Positions 63,601 to 64,000 of a stretch of 64,000 nucleotides of DNA are shown here, piece after piece; positions within the stretch are counted from its first letter, which is position 1; every line of letters begins with the position of its first letter. The notes below the pieces were generated by a model. It saw only the letters and a program-made list of their open reading frames with translations. It was not told the DNA's origin and searched no databases. The DNA comes from Felis catus (taxonomy: Eukaryota), in the NCBI RefSeq assembly GCF_018350175.1, contig NC_058368.1, positions 136,774,001 to 136,838,000 of the forward strand, written 5' to 3'. A program made the position numbers and the translations under genes.

Positions 63601-64000
63601 ACCTCAACCTTCAAAAGATGTAAGATCAACTAAGCTGTCACTCACTAGCTGTTTGACTTTGGAAATGTTTCTGCTCTGGCTGACTTCCCTTACCCACACA
63701 AGAAGGGCAAAAACAATACCTGCCCTTTCTGTTTTGCAAACTTTTCCAAGAGGATGATAAACAAAAATGAGATGACAAGGTACTTTTGTATGGATACAAG
63801 TAATTATTATTATTTGACCTTTATCGTGATGGCCCACAATGTCACTCTAACTGATTGGGTGGCCAACTGGACTTTCAAGAGGTTTATCTACTCTGATCCC
63901 AATCTGGGCATTCCCGAAGGCAGGGAGTTGTTTAGTGTGAACAGCCACTTGTACTCCCACTTAAGGAAGCACATTATTGAGTGATGTAATTAGCCAGCTC

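Larger units (their letters stand above)
34673..64000 (-). other. MRPS27: MRPS27 large intron (intron 4), continuing beyond the window
   Basis: No upstream MRPS27 exon (expected ...REEIDHAEYYLYK) seen; repeat-rich, only short spurious ORFs. Confidence 0.8.

Overview
Mammalian genomic DNA, most likely a felid (many Can-SINE/SINEC_Fc-type insertions). It holds two convergent genes. (1) The 3' end of MAP1B on +: three coding exons at <1-308, 3464-3702 and 4907-5062 encoding most of light chain LC1, then a ~4.3 kb 3'UTR ending near 9400. (2) The last seven coding exons of MRPS27 on - (34672 down to 16036), with a poly(A) signal near 15035; 34673-64000 is one large MRPS27 intron whose upstream exon lies outside the window. 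All exon boundaries were read from the sequence (GT-AG) and their phases join in frame. The rest is interspersed repeats (Can-SINEs with target-site duplications, L1, L2, MIR, MER5/MER20/MER81, an MLT2 LTR) and microsatellites. Gene and repeat names and exon numbers come from recalled sequences, not a database search. I see no convincing new gene system. The best leads are post-transcriptional: a candidate 45-nt GC-AG poison exon in the big MRPS27 intron, an inverted-SINE-flanked 219-nt exon pair that would form a stop-free circRNA, tandem and recursive-type acceptors at the last MAP1B exons, regulatory motifs in the MAP1B 3'UTR, and several nested or recurrent transposon insertions.
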